DNA from: Ferroglobus placidus DSM 10642
Lineage (GTDB): Archaea; Halobacteriota; Archaeoglobi; Archaeoglobales; Archaeoglobaceae
Length of the DNA: 32,000 nucleotides
Reading direction: 5' to 3'
Assembly (NCBI RefSeq): GCF_000025505.1
Contig: NC_013849.1
Span: 1,170,001-1,202,000, forward strand
Shown: positions 7,609 through 15,514 of the stretch, one piece after another
Layout: each line of letters starts with the position of its first letter
How positions within the stretch are numbered: position 1 is the first letter of the stretch
The notes under the pieces: generated by a model
What the model saw: the letters and a program-made list of their open reading frames with translations, nothing else
The model's database searches: none
What the model was told of the DNA's origin: nothing
Program-made: the position numbers and the translations under genes

Positions 7609-9585
7609 ATGGAAGAACACATGCATCATGTCGAGGAGAGAAAAGCTAAGCACGAGCATAAAAAGCTGCATCACGAACACATGATGGAAGACTTCAAGAG
7701 GAGATTTCTCGCCTCAACAGCCCTTACAATCCCAATTATAATCCTTTCACCCTTCATTCAAAAAGTTTTCAACTACACTCTCGAATTTCTGGGGAGAGCG
7801 TACGTTCTTTTCCTACTTTCCTCCATCGTTTACTTCTACGGCGGATACCCCTTCTTCAAGGGATTTTTCGACGAGTTTAAAAAGAGAACCCCCGGAATGA
7901 TGACGCTAATAGCTGTTGCCATCACCTCAGCCTACGTTTACAGCTCAGCCGTAGTTTTCGGATTAAAAGGAAAGTACTTCTTCTGGGAGCTGGCGACGTT
8001 AATTGATGTTATGCTTCTCGGACATTACATAGAGATGAAATCAGTTCTCGGAGCTTCGAGAGCTTTAGAAGAACTCGTTAAAATTATGCCGTCAACAGCC
8101 CATTTAATTAAAAACGGTGAAATAAAGGAAGTTCCGGTTGAAGAGCTGAAACCCGGAGACATCGTTCTTGTCAAACCCGGAGAAAAGATTCCGGCTGATG
8201 GAATTGTGATAGAAGGAGAGAGTTACGTGGATGAATCTATGCTAACTGGAGAGAGCAAGCCTGTTTTGAAAAAGCGAGGAAAGAAGGTGATAGGAGGAGC
8301 GATAAACCTTGAAGGTTCTTTGAAGGTGAAAGTAGAAAAAACTGGAAAAGACACGTACCTCAGCCAGATAATAGAGCTCGTTAAAGCTGCTCAGGAGAGT
8401 AAGTCGAAAACTCAGGATTTGGCAAACAGAGCTGCTTTTCTACTCACGATCATCGCTCTAACAGCTGGATTCATAACCTTCACAACCTGGATGTTCTTTG
8501 GAAAGGATTTGGCTTTCGCTGTTGAAAGAGCAGTTACGGTGATGGTCATCTCCTGCCCTCACGCGTTGGGGTTAGCAATTCCTCTCGTCGTGGCAGTTTC
8601 AACCTCTTTAGCTGCTAAGAACGGCTTACTCATAAGGAACAGGCAGGCTTTCGAGAGAGTCAAGGAGGTTGAAGCCGTAGTTTTCGATAAAACCGGAACT
8701 CTAACTGAGGGTAAGTTCGGCGTCGCTGATGTTTTCACTTTCAGCAAAAACGAAGATGTTCTGAGAATTGCCGCAAGCATAGAGGTGAATTCCGAACATC
8801 CGATTGCAAGAAGCATAGTTGAAGAGGCAAAAAAGAGAGGAATTGAGCTTTTGAAAGTTGAAGAGTTCAAAGCAATTCCCGGAAAGGGTGTTGAAGCTAA
8901 GGTTAACGGGGAGTTCTACAGAATTGTAAGCCCCGGATACTTAAAAGAGGCTGGTATTGACGTCGATATCCCAGAAGAGGCTATAAAGGGGAAAACCGTC
9001 GTTTACCTCGTCAAGGATAGTAAGGTGATCGGAGCGATCGCTTTAGCAGACAAAGTTAAGCCGGAGTCTAAAGAGGCTATACAGAAGCTGAAGGACATGG
9101 GGATAAAGTGCATGATGCTTACCGGAGATAGCAGAGTTGTGGCTGAAAAAGTTGCCGAAGAGCTTGGACTGGATGAGTTCTTCGCCGAAGTTTTGCCCCA
9201 CGAAAAAGCGGAGATAATAAAGAGACTTCAGGAGAAATTCGTCGTTGCGATGGTTGGAGACGGAATTAACGACGCTCCAGCTTTAGCTCAGGCTGATGTC
9301 GGAATCGCTATCGGAGCCGGAACGGATGTTGCGATAGAGACAGCAGACATTATTCTCGTTAGAAGCGATCCAAGAGATGTGGTGAGGATTATAGAGCTTT
9401 CGAAGAAAACCTACAGAAAGATGTTGCAGAACTTGCTTTGGGCTACTGGCTACAACAGCGTTGCTATACCTTTGGCGGCGGGAGTTGCTTACAGCATCGG
9501 CGTACTACTTACTCCAGCCGTAGGAGCGGCTTTAATGTCTTTAAGCACGGTGATAGTAGCTGCAAACGCCAAACTTCTGAAATAA
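7609..9585 (+). CDS. copB: Heavy-metal (copper) P1B-type ATPase, CopB type with a His-rich N-terminus and CPH motif
   Basis: N-terminal MEEHMHHVEERKAKHEHKKLHHEH. Also TGES, the transmembrane CPH (VISCPHALG), DKTGTLT, and the GDGINDAPAL hinge. Confidence 0.95.
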   Translation: MEEHMHHVEERKAKHEHKKLHHEHMMEDFKRRFLASTALTIPIIILSPFIQKVFNYTLEFLGRAYVLFLLSSIVYFYGGYPFFKGFFDEFKKRTPGMMTLIAVAITSAYVYSSAVVFGLKGKYFFWELATLIDVMLLGHYIEMKSVLGASRALEELVKIMPSTAHLIKNGEIKEVPVEELKPGDIVLVKPGEKIPADGIVIEGESYVDESMLTGESKPVLKKRGKKVIGGAINLEGSLKVKVEKTGKDTYLSQIIELVKAAQESKSKTQDLANRAAFLLTIIALTAGFITFTTWMFFGKDLAFAVERAVTVMVISCPHALGLAIPLVVAVSTSLAAKNGLLIRNRQAFERVKEVEAVVFDKTGTLTEGKFGVADVFTFSKNEDVLRIAASIEVNSEHPIARSIVEEAKKRGIELLKVEEFKAIPGKGVEAKVNGEFYRIVSPGYLKEAGIDVDIPEEAIKGKTVVYLVKDSKVIGAIALADKVKPESKEAIQKLKDMGIKCMMLTGDSRVVAEKVAEELGLDEFFAEVLPHEKAEIIKRLQEKFVVAMVGDGINDAPALAQADVGIAIGAGTDVAIETADIILVRSDPRDVVRIIELSKKTYRKMLQNLLWATGYNSVAIPLAAGVAYSIGVLLTPAVGAALMSLSTVIVAANAKLLK

Positions 9586-9650
9586 AATTTAAAGAACGCT
9601 CGGAAAAGTCCAAAGCTGATAAGTTGTGTAGAGGATGGCTGGTTTTCGCC

Positions 9651-10328
9651 CTACAAAAACAGAAATTGGTAAATGAGAATCGAGAAGAACTGGTAAGTCA
9701 GCAAGCTTTTTCCAACACCCTTCAAGCTTATCCTCTTTACCGCCAGAAACAGCAGTGCCGTTGCTATCAAAAACAGCCCGTAAGCTATCGTTGGGGAAAA
9801 TGAATAAATAAGAAGCAGAGTAAGAAAAGTTAGGGCGAGAGTTTTCTTGTTCTTATTCCTGTAAAGAACTAATGAGTAAGAGAATAAAACTACTAAGACT
9901 AAGAAGATCAAAGCTCTCAGAGTCGTGAAAAAGTCGATGGAAAAGTAGGCTGTTATAAGAGGAAAAGGAAAAGTCATAACGATTGATCCAATTCCGGTAA
10001 AAGCTCCTAAATTATCTTTAAATTTGATTTGAAGAGCCAATATAAGAGAATAAACGAGAATAAATGGGATAACGCTTTTATTGGTGACGGCAATAATCAT
10101 AAGGGAGAGGGTAAAGACGGCTGGAATCAACAAGCTCCTGTCAACTTTCCTTTCGGAAATTAATCCGTAAGCTGGCTCCACGGAGAAGAGGAATAAGGCT
10201 ACCACGAGAAAAATCAGAGGGTCGAAGCTCCTCGCTATTAGGAAGGCAAAACTCGTTGAAATCAGCCATATACTCCAGCTTCCGTGCATTCTCGGCAGCT
10301 TCAACACGTTAATATGTGCTCCCCTCAA
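9651..10328 (-). CDS. Polytopic integral membrane protein, possibly YwiC-like
   Basis: 225 aa with 7-8 hydrophobic helices. The N-terminal [16 protein letters not shown] resembles the QHGAW start of YwiC-like proteins (recalled). The start codon is uncertain: TTG at 10328, or internal GTG/ATG. Confidence 0.5.
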   Translation of the reverse strand: MRGAHINVLKLPRMHGSWSIWLISTSFAFLIARSFDPLIFLVVALFLFSVEPAYGLISERKVDRSLLIPAVFTLSLMIIAVTNKSVIPFILVYSLILALQIKFKDNLGAFTGIGSIVMTFPFPLITAYFSIDFFTTLRALIFLVLVVLFSYSLVLYRNKNKKTLALTFLTLLLIYSFSPTIAYGLFLIATALLFLAVKRISLKGVGKSLLTYQFFSILIYQFLFL

Positions 10329-10349
10329 CTCTTAATTGATTTCCCTAAT

Positions 10350-10358
10350 AATTTCGTC
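10350..10358 (+). promoter_or_regulatory. AATTTCGTC element, copy 4 (7 nt upstream of TTTTATTTTT, upstream of dCMP deaminase)
   Basis: Exact 9-mer. TATA box at 10366-10375, ATG at 10395. Confidence 0.3.
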
Positions 10359-10394
10359 GATAGCGTTTTATTTTTCCACGTCAATTCCAGACCG

Positions 10395-10844
10395 ATGAGA
10401 CCGAGTCTTGACGAGTATTTTATGGAAATAGCGAAAGTCGTTGCAAAACGATCCACGTGTTTAAGACAAAACGTCGGTGCTGTTATAGTGAAAGATAAAA
10501 GAATTCTCTCCACCGGCTACAACGGTGCTCCGATGGGTCTGCCTCATTGCTTGGACATAGGCTGTTTAAGAGAAGAGTTGAACGTTCCAAGCGGAGAGAG
10601 GCATGAGTTGTGTAGAGCCGTTCACGCTGAACAGAACGCTATAATACAGGCTGCCGTTCACGGGGTAAGTATAAAAGGTGCTACGCTCTACACGACTCAC
10701 CAACCCTGCATAATGTGTGCGAAAATGATAATCAACGCCGGAATAGTTAGAGTCGTTTATGGAAAGAGGTACGCTGACGAGAGGGGGTTGGAGTTTTTAA
10801 AAGAAGCCGGGATAAAAATAGATTACCTGCCGGTGGAGGAATAA
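10395..10844 (+). CDS. Deoxycytidylate (dCMP) deaminase, ComEB-like
   Basis: Zinc-binding motifs HAEQNA and PCIMCAKMI, plus [19 protein letters not shown] chose the ATG at 10395 over the track start at 10284. The longer form would overlap the divergent gene and swallow its own TATA box. Confidence 0.9.
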   Translation: MRPSLDEYFMEIAKVVAKRSTCLRQNVGAVIVKDKRILSTGYNGAPMGLPHCLDIGCLREELNVPSGERHELCRAVHAEQNAIIQAAVHGVSIKGATLYTTHQPCIMCAKMIINAGIVRVVYGKRYADERGLEFLKEAGIKIDYLPVEE

Positions 10845-10900
10845 AATTTTAGATGTTTAAATTTCGGAAAATTTATATCATCGAATAAAGGAGTCTTGAT

Positions 10901-11365
10901 ATGGAAGAAAAACCGTCCGAAAAAGAAATCGTAAAAATTCTTCACGCTATTCTTTACGCTTTTGAAGCAGCAGTAGGAACTCCGGGAAGTAAAGTTCTAA
11001 TCCACGTTTCAAGAAAAATTCCCGAAATATTCGGAAAGTTCGGTTTTGATTTGAGAAAAGGGGAAAATCCGGAAGAAAGCGTTAAAAGACTTTTGAAGAT
11101 ACTCGAAGAAACCGGAATGCTGAAGGACACGGAATTTAAACGTATAGATGAGCAAACCTTCGAATTCAGGCTTGGTGAGTGCAGTTTGGCTGAATCAAAA
11201 GTTCACGATATCTTAAAGGAAGAGAAGGTGTTTTGTCCGTATTCAATAGCTGTAGCTGCAGTTTTAAGGGAAGCAACTGGAAGGGATGTTGTTTTGAGCG
11301 AATCGGAGCTGACAGAAAAGGGGAGCGTAACGAAGATGAGGCTTTATAAATACGTGGTGTTGTGA
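10901..11365 (+). CDS. Hypothetical cytoplasmic protein, possibly a V4R-type ligand-binding domain
   Basis: 154 aa. The Cys pair in GECSLAESKVH...VFCPYSIAVAAVLREATG resembles the V4R pattern (weak, from memory). A TATA-like TTTATATC lies 22-29 nt upstream. Confidence 0.4.
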   Translation: MEEKPSEKEIVKILHAILYAFEAAVGTPGSKVLIHVSRKIPEIFGKFGFDLRKGENPEESVKRLLKILEETGMLKDTEFKRIDEQTFEFRLGECSLAESKVHDILKEEKVFCPYSIAVAAVLREATGRDVVLSESELTEKGSVTKMRLYKYVVL

Positions 11366-11400
11366 GAAAAATTTTTCCCGACATTTAGAAATACTATAAT

Positions 11401-11700
11401 GTGAAGTGCCGCCACTGCGGAAGGTGCTGCCTGGAGATGGGGGCAAAGATATACGCAACCCCTTCGGACATAAACAGGTGGGTAAGGGAAGGGAGGAGCG
11501 ACATACTCAAGCACGTACTCGTTTATTCCTACTACGACATATTCTTAGGGGAAGTCGTTGAAGGAGGTGAGCTCTGGTTCGACGAATACGGAAACAAACT
11601 CGATAGGTGTCCGTTCATAGAAGAAAAAGAGGGGAAAATATTCTGCAAAATCCACGAAACCAAGCCAGAGCAGTGTAGAGAATACAAGTGCTGGGAGTAA
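11401..11700 (+). CDS. YkgJ/UPF0153-family Cys-cluster protein (CxxCxxCC)
   Basis: GTG start. N-terminal CRHCGRCC, plus C-terminal CPF...CKIHETKPEQCREYKC. Confidence 0.75.
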   Translation: MKCRHCGRCCLEMGAKIYATPSDINRWVREGRSDILKHVLVYSYYDIFLGEVVEGGELWFDEYGNKLDRCPFIEEKEGKIFCKIHETKPEQCREYKCWE

Positions 11701-11794
11701 ACTTTATAGCAGGAGGGGAGGGATGAAAAATTATGCAGATGAGGGAAAAGTGCAAGGACTGCATGATATGCTTTAAGAACAGGAGAGACAAGAA

Positions 11795-12679
11795 ATGATC
11801 GACTTCCTCGACAACTTCGGAGTTCTCGTTTTCAGGAGAAAGAGAGGTAACTTTCTTCCCCACGTTACGATTAGAGTAGGAGACACGGATTTTCACGTCG
11901 ACAGCTATCCCGGAAAAGGGTTCAACATCATAACTCACGCTCATTCCGACCACTACGGTTTGAGAAACGTCCTAAATTTTAAAGCTGTAGCAAGCGAGGA
12001 GACTGCTAAGATTCTCTCCATAATAAGCGGGAGAAAATTCAGGGGAATAACTTTCAATGTGGGAGATAGGCTGAATTTGAACGGTGTTAAGATAAAAACC
12101 TACGACACCTCTCACATAATCGGCTCAGCCGCATTTTACTTCAAGGATTTTGACGTCCTCGTGACAGGAGATGTGAAGAATTACGAAGAGCTTCCAAAAT
12201 GCTCCTTGCTGATAACAGAAGCTACTTACGCCAACACGAACTACTGCTTCGAAGATGAGATAGACGTTTTCCTCGATAAAGCTGAGGAGGGAGAGGTTTT
12301 CGGAGCTTATCCGGTCGGAAAAGCTCAAAGAGCTGCAAAAATACTCGAAGAGAACGGAATCGGATTCGAGGCAGATGGGTTGATTGCGAAAATTGCCGAA
12401 GCTTTCGGGTTAAAAGGAAAAGGAGGAGCAAAAATAGTCTCCACGAAGGAAGTGAGGAAATACGACGGTTACTACCTGAGTGCCCAGAAATTTTACAGAA
12501 AGAGGATTACGCTAAGCGACCATCTCGATTGCAGGGGTTTGATTGAAATGATAGAGCACTGCGACCCGGAGCACGTAATTTTCTACCACGGGAAACCGGC
12601 GAAAAATTTTGAAAAAGAATTGAGAAGTAGGGGTTACAAATTTTCAACCCTCGATGACCTTGAGTACCTTTATCTGTAA
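11795..12679 (+). CDS. Metallo-beta-lactamase fold nuclease, short beta-CASP-like form (COG1236-like)
   Basis: HxHxDH motif (ITHAHSDHYG). Also SHIIGSA, VTGD, LLITEATYA (an ESTYG-like beta-CASP motif A) and LSDHLD....VIFYHGKP (motifs B and C). Confidence 0.7.
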   Translation: MIDFLDNFGVLVFRRKRGNFLPHVTIRVGDTDFHVDSYPGKGFNIITHAHSDHYGLRNVLNFKAVASEETAKILSIISGRKFRGITFNVGDRLNLNGVKIKTYDTSHIIGSAAFYFKDFDVLVTGDVKNYEELPKCSLLITEATYANTNYCFEDEIDVFLDKAEEGEVFGAYPVGKAQRAAKILEENGIGFEADGLIAKIAEAFGLKGKGGAKIVSTKEVRKYDGYYLSAQKFYRKRITLSDHLDCRGLIEMIEHCDPEHVIFYHGKPAKNFEKELRSRGYKFSTLDDLEYLYL

Positions 12680-12795
12680 ATTCTCACCCCCTTCGGAACG
12701 TAATTCGTGAATCCGCAATTGCTGCAAGCTAAATACGTAAACTCGCTGTCCTCCCCCACAACGACGAACCTTCCGTTACCGCAACTTGGACACAT
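12670..12795 (-). CDS. Unlisted 41-aa four-Cys zinc-ribbon mini-protein (CPxCG type)
   Basis: Hand translation gives MCPSCGNGRFVVVGEDSEFTYLACSNCGFTNYVPKGVRIYR*. The ATG is preceded by AAAGGTGGTGGGG. A TTTAAAA box lies about 40 nt upstream. It sits 59 nt downstream of the rSAM/SPASM gene. It is below the ORF-track size cutoff. Confidence 0.55.
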   Translation of the reverse strand: MCPSCGNGRFVVVGEDSEFTYLACSNCGFTNYVPKGVRIYR

Positions 12796-12854
12796 CCCCA
12801 CCACCTTTGCAATGATAAATTATTATGGTTTTAAAAGGCTTTCGCTCGAAAACT

Positions 12855-13889
12855 TCAGGGGATTATTTCCGTGGTGTTTAAATATGGGGGATAAAGGGGG
12901 ATGCCGTAACCCTTTTCCTTCACTTCTACTCTAACTTTTTCGAGCTCTTCAACAAGTGTTCTCGTTAACTCGCAAAGCTTTTCGAACCCCCAGTCACCCC
13001 AGAGCCGTTCTCTGTTGGAGAACAAACATCTTGAGCCGCAAACGTTGAAAAGATCGCAAGATGGACAAGGTTCTAAAGGCTCGACTTTTCTCAAGCTCTT
13101 CGGATCGTCGTAGATCGTTCCGACGTTATTCCACTCAAGCTCCGAGCAAACGGGACAAGCGACGACCCTTCCGTCGGTCGTTACGGCAAAGCTTTCGCTT
13201 CCCGAACCGCAGGGAGGTTTTAACAAGTTTCCGTGCTCTAAACCGCTCAAAACTCCGGCGAAAGGTACAACTTTGAAAAAGATCTCTGGCTTCTCCTTCA
13301 GCTCGTTTACAAGCTTTCTCAAACCGAGTTTGTACTTTTCGCTCCACCTTTCAAAACTCTCTTTTCTTAACTCCCCCCAAATAGCATCTATTTGCCAGTG
13401 GATACGAGTGAACAAATTCAGCCTCAATAGATGCATGACATCCAAGTATATGTCGGTTTTATCGCTTGCCACCATTCGAGCTATCAATTCTCCCTCGTAA
13501 AATTTCTTCAGCCAGCTAACGTTCTCAAGAATTTTATCGTAAACCCTTCCTTTGTAAAATTCCGTAACGTTTTTTCTCCCGTCAATTGAAACGAGAATTG
13601 TTGAAAATCTCTTCAAGTAGTCTTTCCCGAGTTTTTTCAGCAAAAGTCCGTTCGTTTGAAGAACGTAGTGCTCAGCGTTTATCTTATCCATAACTTTTTT
13701 GACGAACTCAACGTTCAGTAACGGTTCCCCTCCGTAGAAGGCAATCGACGGATTTTTATCGCTCTCGATAAAGTTTACGAGATCTTCCAAGCGGTAAGTA
13801 ACGTCCATCGGCATGACGCTCTCATCCAATCCTCCGCAGTAAGCGCATTTCAGGTTGCATCTTGCGGTTGTGAACACTATAAACATCAT
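12855..13889 (-). CDS. Radical SAM enzyme with a C-terminal SPASM domain (possibly the archaeal AF0577-type putative peptide-modifying family)
   Basis: CNLKCAYC lies within the first 20 residues. Also GGEPLL, and a SPASM-like PPCGSG..FAVTTDGRVVACPVC ... CPSCDLFNVCGSRC. ATGA overlap with the upstream phosphoesterase. Confidence 0.85.
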   Translation of the reverse strand: MMFIVFTTARCNLKCAYCGGLDESVMPMDVTYRLEDLVNFIESDKNPSIAFYGGEPLLNVEFVKKVMDKINAEHYVLQTNGLLLKKLGKDYLKRFSTILVSIDGRKNVTEFYKGRVYDKILENVSWLKKFYEGELIARMVASDKTDIYLDVMHLLRLNLFTRIHWQIDAIWGELRKESFERWSEKYKLGLRKLVNELKEKPEIFFKVVPFAGVLSGLEHGNLLKPPCGSGSESFAVTTDGRVVACPVCSELEWNNVGTIYDDPKSLRKVEPLEPCPSCDLFNVCGSRCLFSNRERLWGDWGFEKLCELTRTLVEELEKVRVEVKEKGYGIPLYPPYLNTTEIIP

Positions 13890-14581
13890 ACTACCGTCTT
13901 AAGTCTGCCGAGTTCTCCCAGATAATAAACCTCATCCTCAACGGCGTAAACGTCTATCTTCATATCGAAGCTCAGCATCGGGCTTAGAAACTTGTCCGCA
14001 GTCAGAACATCGGTTCCAGAAGAAAGAGAAGATTGAGCCGGCAAGACCAAAATCTCTCTGTCGTTTCTTGCGTGAAGGAAGCACGGGTAAGAATAAACTG
14101 CTCCACCGTACCTAATCTTAACAGCCGGATGCTCGTGCCCCATAATTATTCTATCCCCCTCCACCTCTTTATGTCCGTGAACGACCTTCCACCCTTTGAT
14201 TCTAACTTCTTCCTTCAACTCCAAGCCGTATTTTGCAAGAATTGCCGGAAGGAAGTTGTCGTGATTTCCTCTAACAACCTCCAAGTCGACTTTGTCGCTG
14301 AGCTCCTCCAAAAATTCGCTCACGTCCTTCCATTCCAACGGCAAATTCCTTCCGAACTCGTGTTTGAGGTCTCCGGCAATAACAAGCTTCTTCACACCGT
14401 ACCTCTCAATTATTGTAAGAGTTCTTCCCATAACCTCTTCGAACTGAAGCTCCGGAATCGAGACACCTTTCTCAACCATGGCATTCTCTATGCCGAGGTG
14501 CAAGTCCGCAATAATAGCTACATTGCCAGCAATTGCCGCTCTTTCGGGAGTGAGCTTGAAGTCTTTCAACTTCATTCCCAA
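13886..14581 (-). CDS. Calcineurin-like metallophosphoesterase, MJ0037/PdeM-like
   Basis: Motifs IADLHLG, GDLKHEF, RGNHD and GHEHP. TTG at 14581, or more likely ATG at 14575. Confidence 0.8.
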   Translation of the reverse strand: MGMKLKDFKLTPERAAIAGNVAIIADLHLGIENAMVEKGVSIPELQFEEVMGRTLTIIERYGVKKLVIAGDLKHEFGRNLPLEWKDVSEFLEELSDKVDLEVVRGNHDNFLPAILAKYGLELKEEVRIKGWKVVHGHKEVEGDRIIMGHEHPAVKIRYGGAVYSYPCFLHARNDREILVLPAQSSLSSGTDVLTADKFLSPMLSFDMKIDVYAVEDEVYYLGELGRLKTVV

Positions 14582-14596
14582 ATTATCTCGTGAAAT

Positions 14597-14608
14597 CTTT
14601 ATATTAAC
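14597..14608. promoter_or_regulatory. Single A/T box CTTTATATTAAC in a 45-bp divergent spacer, candidate bidirectional TATA element
   Basis: Lies 22-33 nt from the minus-strand ATG at 14575 and 19-30 nt from the plus-strand ATG at 14627. It is the only TATA-like sequence in the spacer. Confidence 0.45.
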
Positions 14609-14626
14609 ATTGCCTCAGCAAGAACT

Positions 14627-15514
14627 ATGATTTCCTCAGCACCCGGAAAGGTCATAATCTTCGGAGAGCACGCTGTGGTTTACAAAAGAAGGGCTTTAGC
14701 TTCAGCCATAAATTTAAGATGTTACGTTAAAGCCGAAAAAAAAGACGATATTGAGATAATTTCCGAATACGGGAAAACGGGATTGGATTTTAGAGTTCAT
14801 CCATTCATTTCCCAGTCGATCGTGAACTTCAAAGAGGTTACGGACTTCAAAGGGGTAAGAGTGGAGGTGAGGAGCAAAATCCCTCCCGCTTCCGGACTCG
14901 GTAGCTCAGCTGCAGTCACCGTCGCTACTTTAACAGCTTTAAACGAGCTTTTTTCAACTTCTCTGACAAAAGATGAGATTTTCGAGCTTGCGAGAAAGGT
15001 TGAGCTTGACGTACAAGGAAAAGGGAGCGGAACCGATCCGTTCATCTCAACTTTCGGAGGAGCTTGGATATTTCCGGAAAGAAAAAAGGTTAACCCAAAG
15101 TTTACCAGGCTTTTCGTTTACGACACGAAAAAAAGATCAATAACAGCTGAGATGGTTGCTGGTGTTGCGGAGAGAAGAGAAATTTTTCCGGAAGTTTTCG
15201 AAAGAATTTTTGATGCAATTGATGCGATAACGCTCGAAGGAGCAGATCTCTTCGAAAAAGGAGAGGTTGAAAAGCTCGAAAAACTCTTTTTTATAAACCA
15301 AAAGTTGCTTTCAGCCATAGGCGTAAGCACGCCGGAAATAGATTCTCTCGTTGCAGAGCTTGAAAGAAGAGGTGTCTTCGCAAAAATTACCGGTGCCGGA
15401 GGAGGAGGGTGCTTAATTTCTCTAAAACCTTTTGAAGGTGCATTTGAAGTGAAAATAAACGAGGAGGGGGCGAGAGTTGAAGATTTTGAAGATTGGAGGT
15501 TCTTTGATAACTGA
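14627..15514 (+). CDS. mvk: Mevalonate kinase
   Basis: SAPGKVIIFGEHAVVY, the GHMP motif PPASGLGSSAAVTVA, and TGAGGGGC. Confidence 0.95.
   Translation: MISSAPGKVIIFGEHAVVYKRRALASAINLRCYVKAEKKDDIEIISEYGKTGLDFRVHPFISQSIVNFKEVTDFKGVRVEVRSKIPPASGLGSSAAVTVATLTALNELFSTSLTKDEIFELARKVELDVQGKGSGTDPFISTFGGAWIFPERKKVNPKFTRLFVYDTKKRSITAEMVAGVAERREIFPEVFERIFDAIDAITLEGADLFEKGEVEKLEKLFFINQKLLSAIGVSTPEIDSLVAELERRGVFAKITGAGGGGCLISLKPFEGAFEVKINEEGARVEDFEDWRFFDN

Noticed and set aside
9438-9803. 121-aa plus-strand ORF spanning the copB 3' end and the following spacer.
   Set aside because: Its first third is an alternative frame of the well-supported copB C-terminus. The remainder is antisense to the membrane-protein gene at 9651-10328. 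No motif is present.
10284-10394. N-terminal 37-codon extension of the dCMP deaminase ORF in the supplied track.
   Set aside because: It would overlap the divergent gene start at 10328 and would include the gene's own TATA-like box (10366-10375). The deaminase domain begins right after the ATG at 10395.
12707-12934. 75-aa plus-strand ORF between the MBL gene and the rSAM gene.
   Set aside because: It is antisense to the better-supported zinc-ribbon mini-ORF (clean CPxCG...CxxCG pattern with an RBS) and to the rSAM 3' end. It starts with GTG and has no RBS.
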